Shown here in pieces: positions 36,601 through 46,014 of a DNA stretch of 64,000 nucleotides; the first letter of the stretch is position 1; every line of letters starts with the position of its first letter. The stretch spans positions 366,121 to 430,120 of the forward strand of contig CAWHSF010000003.1 of assembly GCA_963832025.1 (NCBI GenBank), read 5' to 3'. Both the position numbers and the translations under genes were made by a program. Under the pieces are notes generated by a model that had not been told where the DNA came from, made no database searches, and was given only the letters and a program-made list of their open reading frames with translations. This DNA is from Candidatus Nomurabacteria bacterium. Its GTDB lineage: Bacteria > Patescibacteriota > Minisyncoccia > Phycocordibacterales > UBA9973.

Positions 36601-37265
36601 CCGACGGAGAGGTCATTTCTATTACCGCCAAAGACAGTAAAGAAAAAATAATTAAAGTTTTATCAGATAGCCTTGAAGACGGAAAGAAAAATGAAATGGA
36701 ATATCTCGTGGCTTTCCGCCGAACACCGATCGTCAAAGCAGGGGACCAAGTTAAGAAAGGTCAGCTTTTGACAGACGGTTCCGCAGATATCGCCGAAATG
36801 TTCCGTTTGGGCTCCAAAGAATTGGTTGAAGAATATATCATCAATGAAATCAACAAAGTTTACGAATTGCAAAGCGCTTCAATTTCCAGAAAACACACCG
36901 AAATAATTATTCGTCAGATGTTTTCTCGTCGCAAAATCAAAGAAGCGGGAGAAACTAATTTCTCTACTGGAGATATTGTGGAAAATACCGCTTTCATTGA
37001 AGAAAATATGCGAGTTGCTAAAATAGATGGCAAAGAAGCTAAAGCAGAAATCGTGGTTCTCGGTATCACCGAAGTATCTCTTCGCACCAAATCTTGGCTC
37101 TCTGCTGCATCATTCCAAAACACAAATCGTGTATTGATTGAAAATGCTATCAAAGGTGGAGTAGATAGTCTACGAGGTCTCAAAGAAAATGTTATCATCG
37201 GCCGGCTGATTCCAGTTGGAACTGGATTCAAAAATAAGTTTACCCCGGTTGCTGAAGAGGAATAA
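33654..37265 (+). CDS. rpoC: DNA-directed RNA polymerase subunit beta-prime
   Basis: Zinc motif CYCGKY...CEKCGVEV, catalytic NADFDGDQMAV, plus NRAPTLHRLGIQAF and GLPRVEEIFE. Confidence 0.97.
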   Translation: MKTLNTTEFDRIALRLASPEQIKEWSYGEVTKPETINYRTGRSERGGLFDEKIFGPEKDYECYCGKYRRIRYKDIICEKCGVEVTRSIVRRERMGHIELSTPVSHIWFLRGVPSRMSILLNISVSDLEKVIYFAGYIITKVFEEEKETILSGLDKEYKSKLKNSADDDTREKLKNLLSITKKEIGEIYEGKVLNEISFHHYSLKYGTCFEANIGAEAIYSIFKNLDLNKLKHLTEKMLEKASMAEKEKLQKRLSLIRAMTYAGIRPEWMFLTVIPVIPPVLRPMVALDGGRHATSDLNDLYRRVINRNNRLKKLKEINAPDVILRNEKRIIQEAVDALIDNSIAKQNDSAAMSQSQKRPLKSLSDNLKSKQGLFRQNLLGKRVDYSGRSVIVVGPELKLNQCGLPKHMALELFRPFVISKILQAELAFNIRGANKLIEERTSEVWAMLEEVIEGKYVLLNRAPTLHRLGIQAFNPILIEGNAIQVHPLVCQAFNADFDGDQMAVYVPLLEEAQSEAKELMAANKNLLKPQNGEPIVNPRMDMVLGAYWMTKGVDGEPGEGKYFSSPNTAITASDYGVVSLRAKIKVLATDSHKYRKFEGGIFETSVGKLLFNSILPDDFAYIGDEMTSDRLIALLDEIIVHSGVDYTPVVLDKIKSFGFKYSTTSGTTWGIDNVSLSGEKPKIIADSRKVEEQIISQWSEGLLSEEEKYQKIIELWTTTKKDLEKVLPNTLDKNGSAFDLFTSKARGNMSTLSQMIGMIGLIQNNQGKILEFPIIPSYYEGLSPIEYFVITHGARKGASDTALNTAKAGYLTRRLVDVAQDVVITEEDCGTKEGKIVARENISGIEIPLSKNIRGRVLAGDLKDKDGKVLYKKGFLVTKEEAYNIEGAGFTEVFVRSPLTCKTVHGLCVQCYGLDLGRNRLVEQGEAVGIIAAQAIGEPGTQLTLRTFHAGGVAGTDITTGLPRVEEIFERRIPKNPAIISETDGEVISITAKDSKEKIIKVLSDSLEDGKKNEMEYLVAFRRTPIVKAGDQVKKGQLLTDGSADIAEMFRLGSKELVEEYIINEINKVYELQSASISRKHTEIIIRQMFSRRKIKEAGETNFSTGDIVENTAFIEENMRVAKIDGKEAKAEIVVLGITEVSLRTKSWLSAASFQNTNRVLIENAIKGGVDSLRGLKENVIIGRLIPVGTGFKNKFTPVAEEE

Positions 37266-37273
37266 AATAATTT

Positions 37274-39016
37274 ATGAACTCTCCCGTTCAAAAAATTAAG
37301 GAGAGACTGACAATTGAAGAATTAGTCTCTTCTTATATAAAGCTCGACAGAGCGGGCGCAAATCTAAAAGCTCGATGTCCTTTTCATAATGAAAAAACAC
37401 CTTCCTTTTTTATTTCGCCTGACCGGGGAACTTATTATTGTTTTGGTTGCGGAGCGTCCGGAGACATATTTACTTTTGTCGAAGAGTTTGAAGGGCTTGA
37501 TTTTAAAGGAGCCTTAAAAATGTTGGCGGATAGAGCCGGAGTACAACTAGAACATTTTAACCCAAAAGACAAGGAGAATAAGAGTGAAAAAGAAAAGCTT
37601 TATGAGGTAATGGAAGAAGCGACTTTATTTTTTGAAAAAAATTTAAATGTAAACAAAGAAGCTTTGGAATATATTAAATCTCGTGGGGTAAATGAGAAAA
37701 GCATTGCTGATTTTAGAGTCGGATACATCGCACCAGACTGGCGATTGCTTTATACTCATTTGAAAAACAAAGGTTTTTCTGATGGAGAAATAGAAAAAGC
37801 TGGACTCGCTAAAAGAGTGGATAAAGGCCTGCCTGCCGGCAGGCAGGGAATGTATGACAGATTTCGCGGAAGAATCATGTTTCCAATTGCAGACTCTAGT
37901 GGGCGCATAATTGCTTTTTCAGGCCGGCTTCTTGAAGCCGGCCTGTCCGCCGAAGCTTTAGCGAAGGCGGGCGCTAAGTATCTTAATAGTCCGGAAACAC
38001 CAATTTTCAGTAAAAATGCCGTACTTTATGGCATAGACAAAGCCAAAGATTCCATTCGCAAAAACAATTTTTCTATTTTAGTGGAAGGACAAATGGATTT
38101 GATTATGTCCCACCAAGCAGGCTATAAAAACACCGTTGCGACATCCGGCACCGCTTTGTCGGATTCAACCGTATCTAAAGAACGGGTTGTTTCTAATTTG
38201 GGATTGATTCGCAGACTGTCTCCAAATATTGTTCTGGCTTTTGACGCCGATAAAGCAGGAGCCAATGCGACAATCAGGGCAGGCAACATAGCTTTGTCTT
38301 TAGGTATGGATGTAAAGGTTGCAAAGATGGGGGATGGAGTTGACCCAGCGGATTTAATATCGAAAGAAGGAGTAGACGCATGGAAGCAAGTCGTTCGTGA
38401 AGCTAAACATATTATAGAATTTCTCCTAAATAAAGTTTTAAATACTTCTCGGAATGATACTCGCAAAACAGGCAGGGAAATAAAAGAAAAAATATTGCCG
38501 TTTGTAAACGCCCTGGAGAGTTCAATCGAGAAAACATATTTCATAAAAAAAATCAGTGATTTGTCAGGAATTCCGGAACCTGCGCTCCAAGACGATTTGC
38601 GAAAAATTGAACAGGAATTAAAATACGAAAAAGAAGAAATAAAAGAAGCAGATAATGCTCAAAATAAATTATACAGAAAAGATTATATAGAACGTAAACT
38701 TTTAGGCATTGCTTTTTGGAAAAAAGATTCTGAGATTTTGGAAAAATTGGCTCCCATTGTAAAAAAATATGAAAATATAAAAGAAGATTTAATTTTTGAA
38801 GCGGAAGTTTTTTACGCAAATGATGAAAATTTGGAAAAAAGCGTTAATGAAATGTTTATAAACTTGGAAGAAGAAGATATTAATGCAGAATTGAATAAAA
38901 AAATGACAGAGTTGAAGCAAAATACAGAGGAGGAAAAAGGGAAGTCGATTCTGAAAGAGATAAATGAATTAAATAAAAAGAAAGAAGAAATTAAAAACGG
39001 TCGCTTTAAAAAATAA
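37274..39016 (+). CDS. dnaG: DNA primase, with three short palindromic in-frame insertions and a Lys/Glu-rich tail
   Basis: Zinc finger [30 protein letters not shown], plus [25 protein letters not shown] and TOPRIM motifs EGQMDLI and [10 protein letters not shown]. Confidence 0.9.
   Translation: MNSPVQKIKERLTIEELVSSYIKLDRAGANLKARCPFHNEKTPSFFISPDRGTYYCFGCGASGDIFTFVEEFEGLDFKGALKMLADRAGVQLEHFNPKDKENKSEKEKLYEVMEEATLFFEKNLNVNKEALEYIKSRGVNEKSIADFRVGYIAPDWRLLYTHLKNKGFSDGEIEKAGLAKRVDKGLPAGRQGMYDRFRGRIMFPIADSSGRIIAFSGRLLEAGLSAEALAKAGAKYLNSPETPIFSKNAVLYGIDKAKDSIRKNNFSILVEGQMDLIMSHQAGYKNTVATSGTALSDSTVSKERVVSNLGLIRRLSPNIVLAFDADKAGANATIRAGNIALSLGMDVKVAKMGDGVDPADLISKEGVDAWKQVVREAKHIIEFLLNKVLNTSRNDTRKTGREIKEKILPFVNALESSIEKTYFIKKISDLSGIPEPALQDDLRKIEQELKYEKEEIKEADNAQNKLYRKDYIERKLLGIAFWKKDSEILEKLAPIVKKYENIKEDLIFEAEVFYANDENLEKSVNEMFINLEEEDINAELNKKMTELKQNTEEEKGKSILKEINELNKKKEEIKNGRFKK
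37828..37847. repeat. Family C 20-bp perfect palindrome inside dnaG
   Basis: CCTGCCTGCCGGCAGGCAGG, translated as LPAGRQG. Identical to 60124-60143. Confidence 0.9.
37922..37971. repeat. Two adjacent GC-rich hairpins inside dnaG
   Basis: ggccggctt-cttg-aagccggcc, then tccgccgaagctttagcgaaggcggg (family D). Translated as [17 protein letters not shown], just before the conserved KYLNSPET. Confidence 0.7.
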
Positions 39017-39020
39017 AAAT

Positions 39021-40244
39021 ATGAAGACAAAAAATAAAAAAAATAAAAAAGTCAGTAAGAAAAAAGTAATTAAAAAAATTAAAGCAAAAAAGATTGCTAA
39101 GAAAAAAACCGTCAAAAAACACAAAAAAATTACTAAAAAAATCGTTAAAAAAGCTAAAAAAATGACTTCTGCTCAAAAAAAGGCAGATAATTTAGACCAT
39201 TTAGCTAATATGATTATAGAAAAAGGCAGAAAGCGTGGTTTTATAACTTATGATGAGATTTTAAAAACTTTTCCAGACATAGAAAACAATATTTTATTCT
39301 TAGATGAGCTTTATGAAAAATTTTCAGTAGCAGGTATTGATGTGCTGGAGGGTGGAAACCTGCTCAATTTAGATTTGGATATCAACGATAAAGACTTAAA
39401 CAAAGGGTCTATGCATGACTCTATCCAGATGTATTTGAAAGAAATCGGACAATATCCGCTCATTCGTGCTGGTGACGAAAAAGATTTAGCGAAACGCATT
39501 GAGCATGGAGACGAGGAAGCAAAAAATTTATTGGCGCGTGCAAACCTGCGTCTGGTGGTTTCTATCGCCAAAAAATACGTCGGCAGATCTGCCAACCTTA
39601 CACTTCTTGATTTGATTCAAGAGGGAAATCTAGGCTTATTTAAAGCGGTAGAAAAATTTGATTGGACAAAGGGATATAAGTTTTCTACTTATGCCACTTG
39701 GTGGATTCGCCAATCTATCACCCGTGCTTTAGCCGACCAATCCAGAACCATCCGTATTCCGGTGCACATGGTTGAAACAATTTCCAAATATAAACAAACC
39801 CATCGTCGACTTTCTCAAGATTTAGGCCGAGAACCGCTGGCGGAAGAGATAGCTACCGAGATGGGAATTCCAGTTGACAAGGTTCATGTAATTGAAAATA
39901 TTTCTCAAGAGACGGTGTCGCTCGAACAACCAGTCGGAGATGATGATGATAAATCAACTTTGGAAAATTTTATTCCAGATGATAAAATCTTGCGTCCAGA
40001 CCAAGAATCTTCTCGTCGCATTCTTTCCGATCAGATTCGCGAAGTTTTAGATGAGCTCAATCCGAAAGAAAGAAAAATTTTAGAAATGCGTTATGGATTA
40101 CTAGATGGTATTCAGCACACTTTGGAAAGAGTAGGGGAAGAATTCGGAGTGACTCGTGAACGTATCCGTCAGATTGAAGCCAAAGTACACGAAAAACTCC
40201 GCCAGCACGAAAAGATTTCTAGATTGAAAAATTATTTTGATTAA
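39021..40244 (+). CDS. rpoD: Primary sigma-70 factor with a ~50-aa poly-Lys N-terminal extension
   Basis: Motifs [61 protein letters not shown] and [20 protein letters not shown]. Confidence 0.92.
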   Translation: MKTKNKKNKKVSKKKVIKKIKAKKIAKKKTVKKHKKITKKIVKKAKKMTSAQKKADNLDHLANMIIEKGRKRGFITYDEILKTFPDIENNILFLDELYEKFSVAGIDVLEGGNLLNLDLDINDKDLNKGSMHDSIQMYLKEIGQYPLIRAGDEKDLAKRIEHGDEEAKNLLARANLRLVVSIAKKYVGRSANLTLLDLIQEGNLGLFKAVEKFDWTKGYKFSTYATWWIRQSITRALADQSRTIRIPVHMVETISKYKQTHRRLSQDLGREPLAEEIATEMGIPVDKVHVIENISQETVSLEQPVGDDDDKSTLENFIPDDKILRPDQESSRRILSDQIREVLDELNPKERKILEMRYGLLDGIQHTLERVGEEFGVTRERIRQIEAKVHEKLRQHEKISRLKNYFD

Positions 40245-40245
40245 A

Positions 40246-41043
40246 CTAGTCCTTCAACGCAGCGTCAATTTTTGCGGTTACAGAGGCAAGTGGCAAGTAG
40301 CCATCAATTGTATCTACAACTTTTCCATTTACCAAAATAAACCCTTTTGGCGTGCCGGTGACTCCGGCATTTGTGCCTTCATCTTTGGAATCGGCAACTG
40401 CCTGTGCGTATTTGTTGCTGGTTAAACACTGGTTAAATGTGGTGGTATTTAGTCCGAGCGTACTAGCAAAAGATTCTAGATTAGTTACAGAAAATGCTCC
40501 CTCGTTTTCTCCGCTTTGGTGAGCAAAGAGATAATCGTGATATTGCCAGAATTGTCCTTGGTCTCCGGCGCATCTGGCTGCCATGGCTGCATTTAGAGAT
40601 TCATCTTTGGCTACGACGTAAGGTTGAACAAAACTGCCCAGGAAAGGAAAGTCCCTGAACACAAGTTCTACTTGCCCATTTTTTACATAAGTGTTTCGGA
40701 TGCTTGTCTCAGATTCTGCGACAAATTTTCCACACCAAGGACATTGAAAATCTTCATACATCACAAGAGTCACTTTTGCATTTGGATTTCCAAGTGTTCT
40801 GTCGCTTGGTCCCACTGGAGCCAATGTGGTAGTGGTGACAGGGATTCCGGTATTGGTACCTGTGCCACCGGTGCTAGTAGGCTTACTACCTCTTAGTAAA
40901 ACTGCGCCGGCTATAATGACAGCTGCAATAATAATAGCACTGACGATTGGTCCTTGATTGCTTTTTGAGCCTTTGTTTTCAATGTTAATTTCCTTTATTT
41001 GAACAGTCTCATTGACTGCTGGTTCTACTTTTTTTTCTTCCAT
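40246..41043 (-). CDS. Membrane-anchored DsbA-family thiol:disulfide oxidoreductase
   Basis: N-terminal TM helix (IVSAIIIAAVIIAGAVLL). Thioredoxin-fold active site FQCPWCGKF. DsbA-like C-terminus GVTGTPKGFILVNGK. Confidence 0.8.
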   Translation of the reverse strand: MEEKKVEPAVNETVQIKEINIENKGSKSNQGPIVSAIIIAAVIIAGAVLLRGSKPTSTGGTGTNTGIPVTTTTLAPVGPSDRTLGNPNAKVTLVMYEDFQCPWCGKFVAESETSIRNTYVKNGQVELVFRDFPFLGSFVQPYVVAKDESLNAAMAARCAGDQGQFWQYHDYLFAHQSGENEGAFSVTNLESFASTLGLNTTTFNQCLTSNKYAQAVADSKDEGTNAGVTGTPKGFILVNGKVVDTIDGYLPLASVTAKIDAALKD

Positions 41044-41175
41044 TTGATTTTTATGATTACTTGTTAATAAGCCATTGTAGCATATTTTGTAATTATGGTA
41101 TAATAGGGATGTTTACAAATTAGGTTATTTTATTAATTAACTTATCTCAAACATTTGTTTGGGACAAAAAATAAT

Positions 41176-41466
41176 ATGTGTAACGGAAAATGCGGAGGTT
41201 GCGCTGTAAAAAAGACTGCAAAAGTCTTGTTGATTATTGGAGGTTTGAATTGGGGTTTGGTAGGTTTGCAAATGTTGTTCGCTCAAGGTAGTGATTGGAA
41301 CGTTGTGCACCTCCTTCTCGGTTCTTGGCCAGTAGTTGAAGGTATCGTTTATCTCTTAGTTGGTATTGCAGCTCTCGTGAAGATTTTTGGTTGCCGATGT
41401 AAGAAATGTAAAGCTGCTTGTGCAGCCTGTGCCGCAGATGAAAAGATGGAACAAAAACCCATGTAA
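41176..41466 (+). CDS. DUF378-like small membrane protein with Cys-rich termini
   Basis: GGLNWGLVGL core and two TM helices. Flanked by MCNGKCGGC and GCRCKKCKAACAACA. A hairpin terminator follows. Confidence 0.65.
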   Translation: MCNGKCGGCAVKKTAKVLLIIGGLNWGLVGLQMLFAQGSDWNVVHLLLGSWPVVEGIVYLLVGIAALVKIFGCRCKKCKAACAACAADEKMEQKPM

Positions 41467-41484
41467 ATTTGTTGTTTTTTCTGT

Positions 41485-41525
41485 AAAAAATTCCTCACCA
41501 ATTGTTAAATTGGTGAGGAATTTTT
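41485..41525 (+). terminator. Intrinsic terminator after the DUF378 gene
   Basis: aaaaaattcctcaccaatt-gtta-aattggtgaggaattttt. Confidence 0.85.
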
Positions 41526-41569
41526 AATTTACTTTTCATCTTTTAAATGTTATATTTAGTACAAGAAAA

Positions 41570-42814
41570 ATGAATTTAATTGCCACCACAATATTGTATA
41601 TATTCCTCTTTTTATCTGTCTATGTGCAGGTGTTTTTTTTCATTACTTTCCTGGAAAACAGAAAAAAAATAATTATCAGAAAAGGAGATACTAAACTTTC
41701 TCATTATCCAAAAGTGACGGTTACTGTGCCTTGCTGGAATGAAGAAAAAACTGTTTACAAGACGGTTCGTTCTCTGCTTGATCTGAATTATCCCAAAGAT
41801 AAATTGCAAATTTTTCTCATAGATGATGGGTCCACTGATAAGACCTTCGATGTCATCAGTAGGTTTGAAAAATATTCCAACGTTAAGGTTTTTAAAAAAG
41901 AAAATGGAGGTAAATACACAGCTTTAAATTTTGGCTTAGCGAATTCTGATACTGAATTTTTTGGTTGCTTAGACGCCGATTCTTTTGCCGATAGAGAATC
42001 TCTGGTTCGCATTATGAGTTACTTTGAAAAAGATTCCACCGTCATGGCAGTGGCACCTTCAGTGGTTGTTTATAACAATAATAATTTTCTACAAAGCGCC
42101 CAGCGAGCCGAGTATTATATGGGTGTTTATTTTAAGAAGATGCTAGATTTTCTGGGTGCGATTGATGTAACTCCGGGACCACTGACAATTTTCCGCCGAA
42201 AAGTTTTTAATGATTTAGGAGTTTATACCCATGGTCACAGTACGGAAGATATGGAAATTGCTTATCGTATGCAAAAAAATCATTACAAAATAGAACATTG
42301 CAATGACGCATTCGTTTACACCAATACTCCCGAAACAATCAAAAAGCTTTACCGTCAAAGGGTGCGTTGGATTTTTGGTTTTATGAACAATACTTTGGAC
42401 TACAAGGGCGTTTTTTTCAAAGAAGAGTATGGAAATTTCTCTCTCTTTACTCTACCGACACGTGTGTTTGCGGTGGTGGCTGTCGGCTACCTATCCTCGC
42501 GCGTTCTTTATAATATTGGTAATTTTATTTATTCAAAATTTTTAGTAATAAAAACTCTTGGTTTAAACTTGCGCGCAGGTGGTATAGTTTTTGATCCGTT
42601 TTTTATTAATATTCAAGCCTTTTTAGTTTTCACAATTATTACTTATCTTTTAATATTTTTCTCAATGCTTTTCGGCCGAAGGATGGCGGAAGGGAAGTGG
42701 GCCTTATCTCCAGGTATGATTTATTATTTTGCCGTTTTCGGTATTATTTCTCCATTTTGGCTATTGAAAGCGGCATATAACACTATATTAAAAAGAAAGC
42801 CTTCTTGGAGATGA
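41570..42814 (+). CDS. Processive family-2 beta-glycosyltransferase (PgaC/IcaA/NodC/cellulose-synthase-like polysaccharide synthase)
   Basis: N-terminal TM helix. Motifs DDGSTD, LDADSF, TEDMEIAYR (TED) and RQRVRWIFG (QxxRW). Several C-terminal TM helices. Confidence 0.85.
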   Translation: MNLIATTILYIFLFLSVYVQVFFFITFLENRKKIIIRKGDTKLSHYPKVTVTVPCWNEEKTVYKTVRSLLDLNYPKDKLQIFLIDDGSTDKTFDVISRFEKYSNVKVFKKENGGKYTALNFGLANSDTEFFGCLDADSFADRESLVRIMSYFEKDSTVMAVAPSVVVYNNNNFLQSAQRAEYYMGVYFKKMLDFLGAIDVTPGPLTIFRRKVFNDLGVYTHGHSTEDMEIAYRMQKNHYKIEHCNDAFVYTNTPETIKKLYRQRVRWIFGFMNNTLDYKGVFFKEEYGNFSLFTLPTRVFAVVAVGYLSSRVLYNIGNFIYSKFLVIKTLGLNLRAGGIVFDPFFINIQAFLVFTIITYLLIFFSMLFGRRMAEGKWALSPGMIYYFAVFGIISPFWLLKAAYNTILKRKPSWR

Positions 42815-42889
42815 GAGTTACTTGTCCCGTTAAAAAATCAGCGAGACATGCATAAAGATATAAAATTATTAGCTTAAATTTTTAATGGG

Positions 42890-43597
42890 ATGAACTCAAA
42901 CCAGATTGATTGGAAAAAATATGTAATTGTCTTGCTGATTACCGCTGGTCTTTTTGTGACCGCTATATATTTAAGTAATTATTTTGGTAATCAAAAAATC
43001 AAACAGCTTCAAACAATTCAGGATCAAATTTCCATTGATGTTCTTTCTTCGGAAACTCAATTTTCATTACTTTCCGAACTTTCCTGTAAAAATATTTCCG
43101 ACTCTGTTTTCTCCGATGAGTTGTCGGAGCTTGGTAGCAAGCTAGAGTGGAGTCAAGACAACCTTGGCAATACGGCTGAAGTGTCTTATCTGCAAAAATA
43201 TTACTCACTCCTCGAAATTAAAGATTATCTTTTAAATAAACAAATTGCCACACGCTGTGGAGTAAAATCTGCATTTATTCTTTATTTTTATACCACGGCG
43301 GCAAATTGCAGTGTGTGTGAGCAAGAAAGTTTGGTGCTTTCACAATTGCGTGCGGAATATCCAGAACTTCGAGTATATTCTTTTGATTACAGTATTGATC
43401 TTTCTGCGGTCACTTCCATGTTGCAAATTTATAAAATAAAAGACACAGAGCTTCCGGCTTTGGTCATAGATGACAATGTCTTAACCGGTTTTCATGGTGT
43501 AGATGAATTAAATACCATCATCAAGAATTCTTTTAAACTGGAAAGTCCTACTACGGCTACCCCAGTCACTACTTCGACAACTTCTCTAGTAAAATAA
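42890..43597 (+). CDS. Membrane-anchored protein with a CxxC motif, possibly thioredoxin-like
   Basis: N-terminal TM helix (VIVLLITAGLFVTAIYL). CSVCEQES sits after a beta-strand-like YFYTTAAN, as in Trx-fold active sites. Thr-rich tail. Confidence 0.45.
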   Translation: MNSNQIDWKKYVIVLLITAGLFVTAIYLSNYFGNQKIKQLQTIQDQISIDVLSSETQFSLLSELSCKNISDSVFSDELSELGSKLEWSQDNLGNTAEVSYLQKYYSLLEIKDYLLNKQIATRCGVKSAFILYFYTTAANCSVCEQESLVLSQLRAEYPELRVYSFDYSIDLSAVTSMLQIYKIKDTELPALVIDDNVLTGFHGVDELNTIIKNSFKLESPTTATPVTTSTTSLVK

Positions 43598-43697
43598 TAG
43601 GCAAGTCCGTTTTGGGGAAGATAGAAAAGATAAGGAAATAGAAACTTGCTTTTTTCTTAATAAAGTGGTATAATGTAAGCGTTAGGGTAAAGATCAT

Positions 43698-44600
43698 ATG
43701 ATCCCAGAATTTCCACAATTTAAACCTTTAGAGCTTTCGGACAAGAAAGATATAGAGAAAATAACCCAAAAATATCCGCCTTACTCGGATTTTAATTTTG
43801 TTTCGATGTGGATCTGGAATGTTTTTGGGGACATGAAAATTTCCCTTTTGAACCAAAACTTAGTTGTTGTTTTTAACGACTATCTATCTAGTAAGCCTTT
43901 TATTTCATTTATTGGAAAAAATAAAATTTCTGAAACAACTAGTGAATTAATTAGGTTCTCTCAAAAATTTTATAAAAGTTCTTCTTTAAAATTAATTTTT
44001 GAAGAAGCGGCAAAGGAATTAACAAAATCAGGATTTACAGTAACTTCCGACAGAGATTCTCACGATTATGTTTATTCTATTTCTCATCTAGCAAGCATGG
44101 ATTCCTGGACACAAAGTACAATAAGTAAAGGAATTAGAAGATTTATAAAAAAATATCCTGACTATGTCATTAAACAAGATTCGATTCAAGAAAAGTCGAA
44201 AGATGAATATTTGAAGATGTTTGGAAGGTGGTCGGATAATAAAAATATAACGAATCACTTCGAGTTGAATGAATATAAAGCATTTGAAAGATTATTTCAA
44301 ATTAAAGATAAAAATATACAACTAATTTCACTATATGTGAAGGATGTTTTGGTTGGATTTACTGTTTACGAAATACTGCCCGATAATTATGCTATATCTC
44401 ATTTTGCAAAAGCTGACTCAGAATATCATTCTTCAGTTTATGATATATTGAATTGGGAAGAGGCAAAAATATTAAAAAAAATTGGTATAAAATATTATAA
44501 TTGGGAGCAGGATTTGGGGATACTAGGATTGCGAAATTCGAAATTAAAATATAAGCCTAGTTTTTTATTGAAACAATTTATTATTAGTAATCCTATTTAA
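43698..44600 (+). CDS. DUF2156-like protein (the family of the MprF C-terminal lysyl/alanyl-phosphatidylglycerol synthase domain)
   Basis: Size (~300 aa) and N-terminal pattern (YPPYSDFNFVSMWIWN) recalled from DUF2156 proteins. Not verified by search. Confidence 0.45.
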   Translation: MIPEFPQFKPLELSDKKDIEKITQKYPPYSDFNFVSMWIWNVFGDMKISLLNQNLVVVFNDYLSSKPFISFIGKNKISETTSELIRFSQKFYKSSSLKLIFEEAAKELTKSGFTVTSDRDSHDYVYSISHLASMDSWTQSTISKGIRRFIKKYPDYVIKQDSIQEKSKDEYLKMFGRWSDNKNITNHFELNEYKAFERLFQIKDKNIQLISLYVKDVLVGFTVYEILPDNYAISHFAKADSEYHSSVYDILNWEEAKILKKIGIKYYNWEQDLGILGLRNSKLKYKPSFLLKQFIISNPI

Positions 44601-44641
44601 TAAATTTCTCTTTATAATAAATTGAGTATATACTTAACAAT

Positions 44642-45559
44642 ATGGCATGGTTTTTTATTGCGCTGATTGGTCCGTTTTTGTACGCAACGACGAACTATAT
44701 AGATAAGATTCTCTTGAGTAAATATTTCAAAGAGGGTGGCGTTGGCACCATTCTTATTTTTTCATCGTTTCTTTCAGCAATCGCATTACCTTTTTTATTT
44801 TTGGCAGACAGAACAGTTCTTGATGTCGGTTTCCTCCAAATAATTGCCTTATGTATCGTAGGTATTCTAAACACAATGGTATTACTGTGCTATCTTCTAG
44901 CCATAAAAGAGGAAGAAGCATCTGTCGCCGTGGTGTTTTATCAGCTTATACCCGTTTTTGGATGTATATTGGGCTACTTTGTCCTTGGTGAGATTTTAAC
45001 GGAACTCCAGTTTATTGCGATAACAATTATTATACTAGGTACGACCATTATCTCTTTTGAAATTGATTCCGAAAATAAATTTAAACTTCGTCGTAACACA
45101 ATAATTTACATGGTTTCAGCTGCATTTTTTTGGGCGTTAGGGTCAGTCATTTTTAAATCAGTTGCCCTAGAAGAGAATCTCTGGCGATCACTTTTTTGGG
45201 AACACCTAATGCTTATGTTGATAGGTATTGGGATTTTTACATTCATGCGTCCTCTTCGCAATAATTTTTTACATGCACTGCGAAGCAATTCAAAAAAAGT
45301 TTTATCCCTAAATGTCTTAAACGAATTTCTCTTTATTTCTGGAAATATCGCTGTCGCTTTTGCTTATATGCTTGCTCCACTCGGGCTCGTTCTTCTCACA
45401 GAATCATTCCAACCAATCTTTGTATTAGCTATCGGCATATTCCTAACCATTTTTTTTCCGAGAATATCAACCGAAAAAATACAAGCAAAACATCTTTGGC
45501 CAAAAATTATTGCTATTTGCATCACTGGCATCGGTACATATATGCTTTTCATTAAATAA
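44642..45559 (+). CDS. EamA/DMT-family transporter (10 TM helices)
   Basis: Two-fold repeat of 5-TM units, about 300 aa, with typical EamA hydrophobic periodicity. Confidence 0.7.
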   Translation: MAWFFIALIGPFLYATTNYIDKILLSKYFKEGGVGTILIFSSFLSAIALPFLFLADRTVLDVGFLQIIALCIVGILNTMVLLCYLLAIKEEEASVAVVFYQLIPVFGCILGYFVLGEILTELQFIAITIIILGTTIISFEIDSENKFKLRRNTIIYMVSAAFFWALGSVIFKSVALEENLWRSLFWEHLMLMLIGIGIFTFMRPLRNNFLHALRSNSKKVLSLNVLNEFLFISGNIAVAFAYMLAPLGLVLLTESFQPIFVLAIGIFLTIFFPRISTEKIQAKHLWPKIIAICITGIGTYMLFIK

Positions 45560-45624
45560 GTGCATCAAAGAAAAAAATGCATCTTCTATTTTACATAGAC
45601 AATTAAAAAACATATAATATAAAA

Positions 45625-45984
45625 ATGGGAAAAATACTAAAAATATTGCTTTGGTTATTGCTCATCGCAGGAATCCTGTATTCCATTATTGCTACATATA
45701 CACGCATTATTGAAAAAGGAGACTATGTTATTAGATACAACATTCCTTGTGATCCTTCCACAGAAACATGTTTTAGTGAACAAAATTGTGATGACTCAGG
45801 TAATAATTGTGCAACTACCTATTACGCTTCAATGCAACGGATGGAGTCAAATTTAGCACGCGTCTGTGGTTCTGATATATCAAATTGTGCACTTTCAGAA
45901 AAATGTATGGTAGGCGAAACCGATTGTTTTATAAAATTTTGTAATCCGAATAAAGAGACCTGTGCAAATACCCCCAGCCAATAA
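45625..45984 (+). CDS. Membrane-anchored Cys-rich extracytoplasmic protein
   Basis: N-terminal TM helix (ILLWLLLIAGILYSIIA) followed by 10 Cys in 90 aa. Confidence 0.45.
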   Translation: MGKILKILLWLLLIAGILYSIIATYTRIIEKGDYVIRYNIPCDPSTETCFSEQNCDDSGNNCATTYYASMQRMESNLARVCGSDISNCALSEKCMVGETDCFIKFCNPNKETCANTPSQ

Positions 45985-46014
45985 TGAATAATATTCTTAT
46001 AATTAATAATTGAT

